The notes under the pieces are model-generated. The model was not told where the DNA came from, made no database searches, and saw only the letters and a list, made by a program, of their open reading frames with translations. DNA of 64,000 nucleotides from Candidatus Neptunichlamydia sp. (GTDB taxonomy: Bacteria > Chlamydiota > Chlamydiia > Chlamydiales > Simkaniaceae), in assembly GCA_965233865.1 (NCBI GenBank), contig OZ247587.1, positions 64,001 to 128,000 on the forward strand. The letters are read 5' to 3'. Below are positions 10,301 through 19,589 of this stretch, in pieces (position 1 is the stretch's first letter; each line of letters starts with the position of its first letter). A program made the position numbers and the translations under genes.

Positions 10301-11680
10301 CTAAATGAGCGTTTTATAAGCGTTTCGAGCAGCATTTCGGACGATCTCTGGAAGTGCTGGATGAATGTAAATCATTTCAAGTAGATCGTGGAGGGTAGAA
10401 TCCATTTGGATCGCTAGAATGAGCATGTGAACCATGTTGGAAGCTTCCTCACCAATAATATGAGCCCCAAGGAGTTTTAAAGTATGTTTTTCAAAGAGGA
10501 GTTTGACGAAGCCAGTCTCAGAAAGAAGAGCCATTCCGCGCGCACTCGCGGCATAAGTATTTTTCCCAATGATATAGGGGATTTTTGCTTCTTTGAGCTC
10601 GCGCTCCGTTTTCCCAACACTAGCGATTTCCGGAGAAGAGAATACAGCGTGAGGAATCCCCTTATAAGTGATCGGTTGGGGCGTCTTCTCATGAAAAAGT
10701 GTTTGGAATAAGTACTCCCCTTCAAAATTGGCTGAGTGACGGAAGAGGAAATTCCCTACACAATCTCCCAAAGCATAGACATTTTTCTGTGTAGTTTGAA
10801 GGTAGTCGTTGACCTTCACAAATCCTTTTTCATCGACCTCAATATCGGTTTTTCTTAAATTTATGGAATCACTCCAAGGTTTAATTCCTGTTGCAACAAT
10901 GAGAGCATCACCTTCAGCCTTATGAAAGTTTCCCTCGCCATCTTTGTAGCTCACTATGATAAGACCATTCTCATAACTTACCTCTTGAAAATCACATCCT
11001 AGGCGGAGTTTCACCTGTTTAGAAAAAGCCTCTTGAAAAGATTCCCTGACATCATCATCTTCAGAGCGAAGTAAAATACTTCTCACCAGAAGCTCCGTTT
11101 CGACGCCAACTGCCGAATAGAAGTATCCAAGTTCAGTGGCAATAAAGCCGCCTCCAATTACAATCAATTTTTTTGGTTTTTTAGTATTGCGAAGAGCCTC
11201 CTGGTAGGTCATGTAGGGGACTTTATCGAGACCTGGAATTTTTGGAATTGAGGCACGAGCGCCTATTCCAAGGATGATTTTGTCACCCGTAAATCGAACT
11301 CCTCCCGCTTCAACAGTCATTTTATCAACAAAATGCCCCTCATGAGGATAGTAATCAATATTCGAATTTTCCTCGTAAAGGGTCGCGATGCTTTCAGATT
11401 CTGCATCAATAGTATGATTGACTCTCTTCACCAAATGCTCGAAGTCAATATCAAAATTTCCTTTAAAATTGATTTCAAATCGTTTTGCATCTCTAATGAG
11501 TGAAGCGAGCTGAGCAGTATGGATAAGCATCTTGGAGGGAATACACCCCTTATTGAGACAAGTTCCTCCAAGCGGGCCCTTCTCGATGATAGCGACTTGC
11601 TTGCCAAGTTTGGCAACGGGAGTTACAAGTTTTGTTCCTCCTCCCGATCCGATGACAATCACATCGTACTGCTTTTCCAT
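10301..11680 (-). CDS. Class I pyridine nucleotide-disulfide oxidoreductase (Lpd/mycothione reductase-like)
   Basis: GSGGG, GGTCLNKGCIPSK redox disulfide, IGGGFI, C-terminal YIHPALPE. Start set to ATG 11680. Confidence 0.9.
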   Translation of the reverse strand: MEKQYDVIVIGSGGGTKLVTPVAKLGKQVAIIEKGPLGGTCLNKGCIPSKMLIHTAQLASLIRDAKRFEINFKGNFDIDFEHLVKRVNHTIDAESESIATLYEENSNIDYYPHEGHFVDKMTVEAGGVRFTGDKIILGIGARASIPKIPGLDKVPYMTYQEALRNTKKPKKLIVIGGGFIATELGYFYSAVGVETELLVRSILLRSEDDDVRESFQEAFSKQVKLRLGCDFQEVSYENGLIIVSYKDGEGNFHKAEGDALIVATGIKPWSDSINLRKTDIEVDEKGFVKVNDYLQTTQKNVYALGDCVGNFLFRHSANFEGEYLFQTLFHEKTPQPITYKGIPHAVFSSPEIASVGKTERELKEAKIPYIIGKNTYAASARGMALLSETGFVKLLFEKHTLKLLGAHIIGEEASNMVHMLILAIQMDSTLHDLLEMIYIHPALPEIVRNAARNAYKTLI

Positions 11681-11899
11681 AGGCCATTTAATTTCTATAT
11701 TAACACCAAAAGCCACGAATAAAACTATAGCCACCAGAAGTCAAGTAATTATAACTTATTTTGCTTAATACAGGACGTTTTTTAACAGATCCAATATTCC
11801 TCGAAGCTTATCAAACCCATATCTAAAAATTCTCTTCCTCAAAGATAATTTGATTACTCAAACCACGATATAAGTATCAATCAAAATTTTCACTCCCTC

Positions 11900-11928
11900 T
11901 TGCTTCACTATTCCTGCTAGGTTATAAT
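11900..11928 (+). promoter_or_regulatory. Sigma66/70-like promoter
   Basis: TTGCTT-17 nt-TATAAT, ending 26 nt upstream of ATG 11955. Confidence 0.5.
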
Positions 11929-11954
11929 CGAGAAAAAAATAAGGATCAAAAATA

Positions 11955-12494
11955 ATGAAAAAATGGTTATTTGTTTTTTTAACTCTTAGTGGTCTTGCCT
12001 TTGCAGATAAAAAGGAAGAAAGGGCACAAAACCTTTGCAGCTTCACTGGGGATATCTTTGAAATTTTGAGTGAAGAATCTCGCATTGTCGATGAGGAGAA
12101 AATAGCTGTAGCCTATAGTGCATTCATCGGTAGACTCCATCAGTATAAAAAAGATTCTAATCCAGAAATTGTGGATCTTGCGGAAAAATTTATTGCCTCC
12201 TTCAAACTCAAAAAAGAAAGCAAAGAGGGGATTGGCGATGCTGTTTCATCGCTTGGCCGACTGGTAAAGTGTTCCGTAGATGATGAGCATTATCGGTACG
12301 ACACCTCCTACCTTCTCCATAAGGGAGATATTGAAAAAGAACTTTCCCATATGGAAGCCCGACTAGGGGAGCGCATCCCACAAGGGAAAAGCCTCAATTA
12401 TCACAAGGTAATGATTGAATCTTTGGCTGATCAGGAATATGACCTTGCTCTCTACTCATATCTGAAAATTGCAGAAACTCGCTGCCAAAAATAA
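11955..12494 (+). CDS. Exported hypothetical protein
   Basis: Signal peptide MKKWLFVFLTLSGLAFA, AAGGA RBS, own promoter and terminator. Confidence 0.8.
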   Translation: MKKWLFVFLTLSGLAFADKKEERAQNLCSFTGDIFEILSEESRIVDEEKIAVAYSAFIGRLHQYKKDSNPEIVDLAEKFIASFKLKKESKEGIGDAVSSLGRLVKCSVDDEHYRYDTSYLLHKGDIEKELSHMEARLGERIPQGKSLNYHKVMIESLADQEYDLALYSYLKIAETRCQK

Positions 12495-12518
12495 ACCTAT
12501 TGAGTCCTATATTATCGG

Positions 12519-12546
12519 GGGAGCAGCTTAAGCTGCTCCCTTTTTT
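12519..12546 (+). terminator. Rho-independent terminator
   Basis: Perfect palindrome GGGAGCAGCTTAAGCTGCTCCC followed by T6. Confidence 0.85.
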
Positions 12547-12741
12547 CTTGGTTTTTTTCAATAAATTTATAACCGAATGAGTGAAAAAAATCGTATTACT
12601 TGTTATTTAGATTGAGATCGCTCTCACCCTCGCGCCGCTACTAGTACCAGAGCCTTCACTTTTGTAAAATAAATTTTAATTAATATAGATGAAGGAATAA
12701 GACTATTTATTTAGAGTTTGGAATTTGAGCAAAGAAGGGAC

Positions 12742-13221
12742 TCAATCGTCGTCGTAAGCTTTTCCTCGGATCTTCTTCTTCCATTTCATCCAACCAGGAA
12801 GGCGGTACATGGAAAGGAAGGAAAGGATCATTACCGTTGAGGAGACAGCTAGGATATACATTTTATTTGCAACGGCAAGTCCAATTGATGCAGTGGCCCA
12901 CACTGTCGCTGCTGTCGTGAGGCCTCGGATACGTCCCTTATCACGAAGAATTACACCTGCCCCCAAGAAACCGATACCACTGACAATTTGGGCGGAAATC
13001 CGTGAAGGATCAGCTGCTCCTGTCATCGTATTTGAAAAGCTAGGACCGGTGACATTCATAGAAATAAACCCAAATAGACAAGATCCTAAAGCGACAGCGG
13101 CATGGGTCCGGATTCCAGCAAGCCCTACGTGACGCTCTCTCTCGAGCCCGATTACAGCTCCTAAGAATGCAGCTAGTAGAATGTGCCCAGCAAGTACCAA
13201 TTCTTCATGGTATTCAATCAT
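12742..13221 (-). CDS. MgtC/SapB family protein
   Basis: IGLERE..AGIRTH, DPSRISAQIVSGIGFLGAGVI, GLTTAATVW. Confidence 0.93.
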   Translation of the reverse strand: MIEYHEELVLAGHILLAAFLGAVIGLERERHVGLAGIRTHAAVALGSCLFGFISMNVTGPSFSNTMTGAADPSRISAQIVSGIGFLGAGVILRDKGRIRGLTTAATVWATASIGLAVANKMYILAVSSTVMILSFLSMYRLPGWMKWKKKIRGKAYDDD

Positions 13222-13307
13222 AATTTTTATTTACCGACTTCCTAATGAATTGTAAATGAAAAAATTATCTTTTTTTGGAAGAGGTTTTCTGGTATCCTTC
13301 CGGAGTT

Positions 13308-13757
13308 ATGGTTGTCCCTCAAAGAAAGTTTAGAGAAATCGTCTTCCAGATGGTTTATAGTCGTGATCTCAATGATGAAGCTGATGCGAAGGTCCTTTCT
13401 TCCATGCTTGATCAACTTGTGGTTACACGGAAGGTGCTCCATCATGCTTTTGCAAAGGTGGAGGAAATTTTCGGAATCGTAGATGAGATTGATACCTTGA
13501 TTTCTAAATTTTCAAAGGATTATGATTTCAAAAGGATCTCCTGTGTCGAGCGTAATATTTTACGCCTTGGCGTTTTTGAATTAAAATATGAAGGAGAGGT
13601 CCCCCCCAAAGTGGCTATTGCTGAAGCAATTCGACTCAGTCGAAAGTTTGGAACCCCTGAGGGAGGAGCGTTTGTTAACGCTGTATTAGATGCAATCTTT
13701 CAATCAGAGGACTCCCCGTGTCTATCGAAACCCGTATTGAATTCAACAAGCCTTTAA
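13308..13757 (+). CDS. nusB: Transcription antitermination factor NusB
   Basis: ERNILRLG, VAIAEAIRLSRKFG, FVNAVLD. Start set to ATG 13308. Confidence 0.93.
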   Translation: MVVPQRKFREIVFQMVYSRDLNDEADAKVLSSMLDQLVVTRKVLHHAFAKVEEIFGIVDEIDTLISKFSKDYDFKRISCVERNILRLGVFELKYEGEVPPKVAIAEAIRLSRKFGTPEGGAFVNAVLDAIFQSEDSPCLSKPVLNSTSL

Positions 13758-14590
13758 AGGGACTCTCGACATTTGGAATCGGGGGGGAAGCTCGCTATTT
13801 TATATCTATCCAGACAGTAGATGAGATGCAAGAGCTTAGGATGTTTCTTAACCGAGAAAGCATACCCTATTGGGTTGTTGGAAAGGGCTCTAATTCCCTT
13901 TTTAGTGATCGTGGGTTTGATGGGATGATCATTCTCAATAGAATTGATTTTTTTGAATTCGATGAAGGGTCTCTTCATGTGGGGGCTGGATATTCATTTT
14001 CCCTTCTAGGAGCGCAAATGGCGCGAAAAAAATGGAGCGGTCTTGAGTTTGCCTCAGGGATCCCTGGGTCTGTCGGGGGAGCTATCTATATGAATGCCGG
14101 CGCCAATAGGAAAGAAACCTGTGATACACTAACCCATGTTGGAGTGATTAATAAGGGTGGAGAGTACAGAGAAATGGCAGACCCTGTATTCTCGTATCGT
14201 ACCTCTCCTTTTCAAAATAATGAGGACATCATCGTTTCAGGACGATTTCAACTCGTAAAGCATGAACAGGCCCGAAAAAATCAACTCGAGATTATCGAAT
14301 ATCGAATGCGGACACAACCGTATGGCGAAAAAAGTGCAGGGTGCATCTTTCGTAATCCTGATGCTGCAAAGGTTGGCGCACTAATTGAAAAATGCGGTTT
14401 AAAAGGAAAGAGTATAGGGGGCGCCGAAGTTTCGACTCTTCATGGAAATTTTATCATCAACCGGGGAAGAGCTACGGCTTCAGATGTTCTAGAGTTGGCC
14501 AAATGTATCAAAGAAACAATAAGGAAAAAAACAGGGCATGAACTTGAAATGGAAATACGCCCCATTCCTTATAATATTGGAGAGTACTGA
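13718..14590 (+). CDS. murB: UDP-N-acetylmuramate dehydrogenase
   Basis: TFGIGG, GKGSN, GLEFASGIPGSVGGAIYMNAGA, SAGCIFRNP, HGNFIIN. Confidence 0.96.
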   Translation: MSIETRIEFNKPLKGLSTFGIGGEARYFISIQTVDEMQELRMFLNRESIPYWVVGKGSNSLFSDRGFDGMIILNRIDFFEFDEGSLHVGAGYSFSLLGAQMARKKWSGLEFASGIPGSVGGAIYMNAGANRKETCDTLTHVGVINKGGEYREMADPVFSYRTSPFQNNEDIIVSGRFQLVKHEQARKNQLEIIEYRMRTQPYGEKSAGCIFRNPDAAKVGALIEKCGLKGKSIGGAEVSTLHGNFIINRGRATASDVLELAKCIKETIRKKTGHELEMEIRPIPYNIGEY

Positions 14591-15396
14591 TGTATCGCGC
14601 TGACCTTCATTGTCACTCCACCTGTAGCGATGGAACGTGCAGTCCTAGTGAGTTGCTTATATTAGCAAAAAAGAAAGGGCTGAGTGGTCTTGCTATTACG
14701 GACCACGATACTCTGGATGCTTACACGGAAAATCTCTTTGGTGAAGCAAAATCTCTTGGGGTCAAGCTGTTTGTAGGGGCAGAATTTTCAACACGCCATG
14801 AGGGGTATCCTGTTCATCTCCTTGGATACGGGGTAGAAAAAACCCCAGAAATCCTTGATTTTTGCAAACAACATCAAGAAAGGCGTCTCTACCGCAACCG
14901 GAGCATCTTAGAAAAGCTTAAGCGACTCTCAGTTATTGTTGATGAGGAAGAACTTGGCAACCCGAAGGATCGGACAGTAGGACGTCCCCATATTGCACAA
15001 CTCTTGCTGGAAAAAGGAATTGTTTCCTCAATTCAAGAAGCGTTCGATCGGTTCATTGGGGAAGGAAAGCCCTGTTTTGAGCCCGGTGAGAGCGTCAAAC
15101 CCGAAGAAACCATTCAGATTATTCAAAATGCCGGAGGAAAGGCCTTTATTGCCCACCCCCACTTGGTGAGAAAAGGAGCGGTTTTAAATGCTCTTCTCTC
15201 AATGCCTTTTGATGGGATTGAATGCTATTATGGGCGTTTCAATAACCATGAAAAACGGTGGCTTTCTGTGGCTAAGAAACATGGGTTTCTTGTAAGTGGT
15301 GGTTCGGATTTTCATGGAACAGTGAAACCTCATATCGAGCTCGGCTGTTCCTGGGCAGGAGAGGAAGAAGTCTTGAAACTTTTTGGAGAAAGATGA
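14590..15396 (+). CDS. PHP-domain phosphoesterase (TrpH/YciV-like)
   Basis: DLHCHSTCSDG, AITDHDT, GRPHIA, AHP, GGSDFHG. Confidence 0.92.
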   Translation: MYRADLHCHSTCSDGTCSPSELLILAKKKGLSGLAITDHDTLDAYTENLFGEAKSLGVKLFVGAEFSTRHEGYPVHLLGYGVEKTPEILDFCKQHQERRLYRNRSILEKLKRLSVIVDEEELGNPKDRTVGRPHIAQLLLEKGIVSSIQEAFDRFIGEGKPCFEPGESVKPEETIQIIQNAGGKAFIAHPHLVRKGAVLNALLSMPFDGIECYYGRFNNHEKRWLSVAKKHGFLVSGGSDFHGTVKPHIELGCSWAGEEEVLKLFGER

Positions 15397-16475
15397 CCCG
15401 GTATCATGAGCTTACGGATTTTTTATTTTCGTTAAACCGATCAAAAGAACTTAAAACTGACCTATCCACGCCCCTTGATTTAGCTGAAAAATTGGATCAT
15501 CCAGAGAAGGACTTTCCGCTAGTTCATATTGCTGGGACCAATGGGAAGGGAACCGTTGCTTTGAAGCTATCTGCCGTCCTTCAGGAAAATGGTTACCGAG
15601 TGGGGCTCTTTACCTCTCCTCACCTCTATACTTACTGTGAACGGATTCAAATTAATGGCAAAATGATTTCAGAAGAAGATGTTGTTTCAGGCCTCGAAAA
15701 AATCCTCCCTCTTGCAAAAGACCCTAAATTTTTTGAGATTACTACACTGCTTGCTTTTCATTATTTTGCGCGCGAGGAGGTTGATATCGCCATCATTGAA
15801 GCGGGGCTTGGCGGAAGGCTTGATGCAACAAACATTATCGACCCAATTCTCTCAATCATTACATCAATTGATATTGACCATTCCTCAATTTTGGGGGGAA
15901 CTCTTGATGCAATTGCTAAGGAAAAAGGAGGGATTATTAAAAATAACACCCCTGTTGTTTTAGGGGAGTCAGCTGCTAGAAAACCTATTTTTGATATCGC
16001 TGATGAGAAGAATGCACTTGTGATTCTTTCTAGAGAGGGGAGCCTGAATATTGCTCGAAAAGCGCTAAAGCACCTTCCCTTTGACACTGAAAGTACCAAC
16101 AGCTTGGTGCAGCGACCTCCTTGTCGCTTTGAAAAGAGAGGAGATATGCTCCTAGATGTGGCGCACAACCCTGCGGCCTTTACCCGTCTTTTTGAGAAAA
16201 TAAAAAAAGAATACCGAAGAAAAAAGATTCATGTCCTGCTTGGCATGGCAAAGGATAAGGATGTTGAAGGGTCTCTCAAAGTCATAGAGAAGTATGCGGA
16301 CCACATTGCTCTACTGCCTTCAAATCACCCTAGGCTTCTTCCTCAAAAGAGCTTTAGGGTAGGGACACCTATGACCCTTGATGAGGCGCTTGCTTATGCG
16401 AAGAAAGAGAAGGCTCTGCCAGTCGTAACTGGATCATTTTACATTATGCCACAGGTGGGGCTTCTGCAAACATAA
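15393..16475 (+). CDS. folC: Folylpolyglutamate synthase/dihydrofolate synthase
   Basis: HIAGTNGKG, FTSPHL, EAGLGGRLDATN, LDVAHNP, TGSFY. Confidence 0.93.
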   Translation: MTRYHELTDFLFSLNRSKELKTDLSTPLDLAEKLDHPEKDFPLVHIAGTNGKGTVALKLSAVLQENGYRVGLFTSPHLYTYCERIQINGKMISEEDVVSGLEKILPLAKDPKFFEITTLLAFHYFAREEVDIAIIEAGLGGRLDATNIIDPILSIITSIDIDHSSILGGTLDAIAKEKGGIIKNNTPVVLGESAARKPIFDIADEKNALVILSREGSLNIARKALKHLPFDTESTNSLVQRPPCRFEKRGDMLLDVAHNPAAFTRLFEKIKKEYRRKKIHVLLGMAKDKDVEGSLKVIEKYADHIALLPSNHPRLLPQKSFRVGTPMTLDEALAYAKKEKALPVVTGSFYIMPQVGLLQT

Positions 16476-17229
16476 TCTCAATCTCTTTCTGAGAGGGAGA
16501 ATATCCATCCTTACGCACTATTTGCATACCCATGGTGACCATTTCACGGATATACTTAGCTGAATGATCAACAGGCCCTAGTTCTTTTTGAACATCTTGT
16601 GGAAGTTGGCGAAACTTTATAATTCCTTTAGGGTGTTCTTGATGAATAAGTTGTGCAACTTGTAAAATTTCAATAGAAAGCTCGGCTTCTTCCCACTCAG
16701 GGGTAACAACCGCTCCAATAACTTCAGATTCTGGTAACATTTCCTCGTCCTCAATAAAGTTGAGTTGAGAATGGTGTACCATATCATCTATTTTTGAAAA
16801 AGGAGTTTGACCAGAAAGTTCTGCAAGTTTCAATGAGGCTATTCGAAGAAAGTTTGAATTATCTCTTGAAAGAGAATTATTGCTCCAAATATCAGCCATC
16901 ACTTCTTTGAGGGTTTGTGTGCGATGGACTAGCTCTTCAGAAGAGGTGTACGCGCCACTACCCAGCGCAGTCGCTTCTTCATAGATTGCATCAACCATAT
17001 GATTTACATTCAAAGTATGAACTCGACCACAGAGATTTTGAAACTTGTTCCGAGTTTCTTCAGGAAGGTTTGAAACATCAATGTTATTTACTCGTTGGAT
17101 GATACCAAAGAGATCTTTTCGATTATAAGTCTCCTGTCTATGAACTACATCATAGAGTTCTTCAACAACGTCAGATTGGCGTTCTTGAAAAAAGATTGGA
17201 GAGGTATCGACAATTTTTTTTAATTCCAT
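16444..17229 (-). CDS. Hypothetical protein
   Basis: 261-aa acidic, helical-looking ORF with AT-rich upstream region; no motif recognised. Confidence 0.7.
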   Translation of the reverse strand: MELKKIVDTSPIFFQERQSDVVEELYDVVHRQETYNRKDLFGIIQRVNNIDVSNLPEETRNKFQNLCGRVHTLNVNHMVDAIYEEATALGSGAYTSSEELVHRTQTLKEVMADIWSNNSLSRDNSNFLRIASLKLAELSGQTPFSKIDDMVHHSQLNFIEDEEMLPESEVIGAVVTPEWEEAELSIEILQVAQLIHQEHPKGIIKFRQLPQDVQKELGPVDHSAKYIREMVTMGMQIVRKDGYSPSQKEIEIMFAEAPPVA

Positions 17230-17380
17230 ACTTTACTTTATTCATTTTATGACTGTTTATTAACAGTTTATTAAAATCCCACATGTATTTATTATACTAA
17301 ATGTTTAATTCTCAGACAATTCATAATCATTTCTTACTCATATAGAAATCGATTGAATTGCGTAAAGTATAAAATATTTT

Positions 17381-17911
17381 CTATGTTGTTTTTTGGATGA
17401 GGAGCAGTGAAGGCGCTTTAGAGCGGTTGACTGACTGGTGATGAGAAATCTGAAATTTTTTCGGAGAAAAGTTTGCAGTTAGACTAAGGAGAGCAGCCTC
17501 CTCCCTAGATCCCTCAGAATGACCGGGGTAGATCATGCAGCTGATGAGGCCTCTTGGGTTGAGGAGGATTATGCCGGTTTCGATGCTTTTAAGAGTTGTT
17601 TGTACGTTGGTTGTAAGAGATTTATCTCCTCTAGGGAGATACCCAAGATTGTAGACAATAAGATCAACGGGATTCTTGACGGAAGCAAATGCAGAGTGAC
17701 ACTCTAGGTGGTAAGAAATATTTTTATCTTCTCCAACCCGAGATTTTGTTGAATTCAGCGCCTTTTTTTGAATATCAAACACATACAAATGAGTAAGATC
17801 CAAATGTGCGAGTACTTCGGTATCGTATCCGTTGCCACACGTTGCATCGATTGCAAAGTTGCCAGGTTTTAAATGGTCCTTCCAAACTTGGTGTGCGAGC
17901 TTAAGAAACAT
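17381..17911 (-). CDS. Class I SAM-dependent methyltransferase (YtqB/MnmM-like)
   Basis: IDATCGNGYDT, FDIQ, YNLGYLPRGDK, YPGH..G..E. Confidence 0.88.
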   Translation of the reverse strand: MFLKLAHQVWKDHLKPGNFAIDATCGNGYDTEVLAHLDLTHLYVFDIQKKALNSTKSRVGEDKNISYHLECHSAFASVKNPVDLIVYNLGYLPRGDKSLTTNVQTTLKSIETGIILLNPRGLISCMIYPGHSEGSREEAALLSLTANFSPKKFQISHHQSVNRSKAPSLLLIQKTT

Positions 17912-17934
17912 TGATTCGATTTTCCAGAAACCTT

Positions 17935-19479
17935 ATGGTAGCCATCATGATAACAGAAACAAACATTTTAATCATAGGAGGGGGAGTAGCAGGGCTGGTT
18001 GCTGCTTTGGAGCTTGGAGATCGAGGAATCGATGTGGTAGTAATTTCTTCAGGAAAAGGATTAAGCTCTGTCAACTCCTACCGAGCACAAGGAGGAATAG
18101 GGTATAAGGCTCCACATGAGCCTGAGGGGCTTTTTAAAGCTGACATCATGAATGCTGGAGCAGGTCTTTGCAATGAACAAGCAGTGGATCAACTCGTTCA
18201 GCTTGGCCCTAAAGCGATTGAAGAAAACCTCAGAGGGATTCCCTTTGAAAAAGAAGAAAGTGGAGAATGGAAGCGTACCCAAGAAGGAGCTCACTCCATT
18301 CCTCGGATTCTTTTCTACGGAGATCAAACAGGAAAAGTTATTATGGAGGGAGTATATCAAAAAGTCACGAATCATCCCCGTATTACTCTTCTGTATAACC
18401 AGAGCGCTATCGATTTAATTACCCTTTCTCATCATTCAAAAAGAGTGGCTGATATCTATCAACCTCAGACATGTGTTGGGGCCTACATTCTGAGCCATCA
18501 AACAGAAGAAGTATATGCGCTGTTTGCGGAGGAAACGATCCTTGCAACAGGGGGGGTAGGAGAATGTTTTCTTCATACAACCAACGGTAAGGAAGCGCGG
18601 GGGGATGGCATTGCAATGGCTTATCGCGCGGGTGTGCGGATTATGAATATGGAGTATGTTCAGTTTCATCCCACAGCCCTTTATACAACCGGAGAGCCGC
18701 GCTTCCTTCTATCAGAAGCTCTGAGAGGGGAAGGAGGGAAAATTTTGTCTCATAAAGGAAACATCTTAGTCGATCCACTTTCTTCACGAGACGTTGCATC
18801 GCGAGCCATTTTTGAAGAGATGGTTAGAACTAACCAGCCCCATGTATGGCTTGATATTCAGTTTAAAGGAAAAGAAGCTTTGCAGAAACGGTTTCCAACA
18901 ATCTATCAGCATTGCAAAGATCGAGGGTGGGAGATGGATAAACACCCCCTTCCCGTTGTCCCGGCCGCTCATTATAGCTGCGGTGGGGTGGCAGTGGATT
19001 TAGAGGGGCAGACAACCATGCGGGGTTTAAGAGCTATTGGGGAGGTAGCTTGTAGTGGTTTGCATGGAGCCAACCGTCTTGCATCAACAGCACTTCTTGA
19101 AGGGATTGTTTGGGCAAGAACTTGCAGTCGATCGATTCACATAAAAAAGGTTAATTTTCCTGAAATTGAGCCCTGGAAAATGGGAGTCGAAAAAATTGAT
19201 AAAGCCCTGATTCAACAAGATTGGATGACCATCAAACAAACCATGTGGAATTATGTGGGTCTTTTGAGAAATTCTTGGCGCCTTAAAAGAGCAAATAAAA
19301 TGCTAAGCGAACTTAAATGGGAAATTGACTCTTTTTATGAAGAAGCTCTGCTAACTCCAGAACTCCTTGCTCTTCGAAATGGATGCGAAACAGCCCTTCT
19401 TATTACTCAAGGAGCGTTTCAAAGCCCGCGTTCTCGAGGATGTCACTATATCGTTGATGAGAAATTAGCTTTCATATAG
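17935..19479 (+). CDS. nadB: L-aspartate oxidase
   Basis: IGGGVAGL, AQGGI, EGAHS..RI, QFHPT, SEALRGEG, AAHYSCGG, GLHGANRLAS. Start 17935 or 17947. Confidence 0.92.
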   Translation: MVAIMITETNILIIGGGVAGLVAALELGDRGIDVVVISSGKGLSSVNSYRAQGGIGYKAPHEPEGLFKADIMNAGAGLCNEQAVDQLVQLGPKAIEENLRGIPFEKEESGEWKRTQEGAHSIPRILFYGDQTGKVIMEGVYQKVTNHPRITLLYNQSAIDLITLSHHSKRVADIYQPQTCVGAYILSHQTEEVYALFAEETILATGGVGECFLHTTNGKEARGDGIAMAYRAGVRIMNMEYVQFHPTALYTTGEPRFLLSEALRGEGGKILSHKGNILVDPLSSRDVASRAIFEEMVRTNQPHVWLDIQFKGKEALQKRFPTIYQHCKDRGWEMDKHPLPVVPAAHYSCGGVAVDLEGQTTMRGLRAIGEVACSGLHGANRLASTALLEGIVWARTCSRSIHIKKVNFPEIEPWKMGVEKIDKALIQQDWMTIKQTMWNYVGLLRNSWRLKRANKMLSELKWEIDSFYEEALLTPELLALRNGCETALLITQGAFQSPRSRGCHYIVDEKLAFI

Positions 19480-19504
19480 AATGTTGGAAATTAAAATTCC
19501 AAAT

Positions 19505-19578
19505 GGGGTATTAGCTCAGTTGGTTAGAGCGCCACGTTGACATCGTGGAGGTCAGCTGTTCGAGTCAGCTATATCCCA
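19505..19578 (+). tRNA. tRNA-Val(GAC)
   Basis: Cloverleaf: acceptor GGGGTAT/ATATCCC, anticodon arm CCACG-TTGACAT-CGTGG, T loop TTCGAGT; CCA not encoded. Confidence 0.95.
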
Positions 19579-19589
19579 ACCATTTTATT

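Noticed and set aside
19545..19589. Track start of the ThrRS-like ORF
   Set aside because: Lies inside tRNA-Val; TTG 19590 is more plausible.
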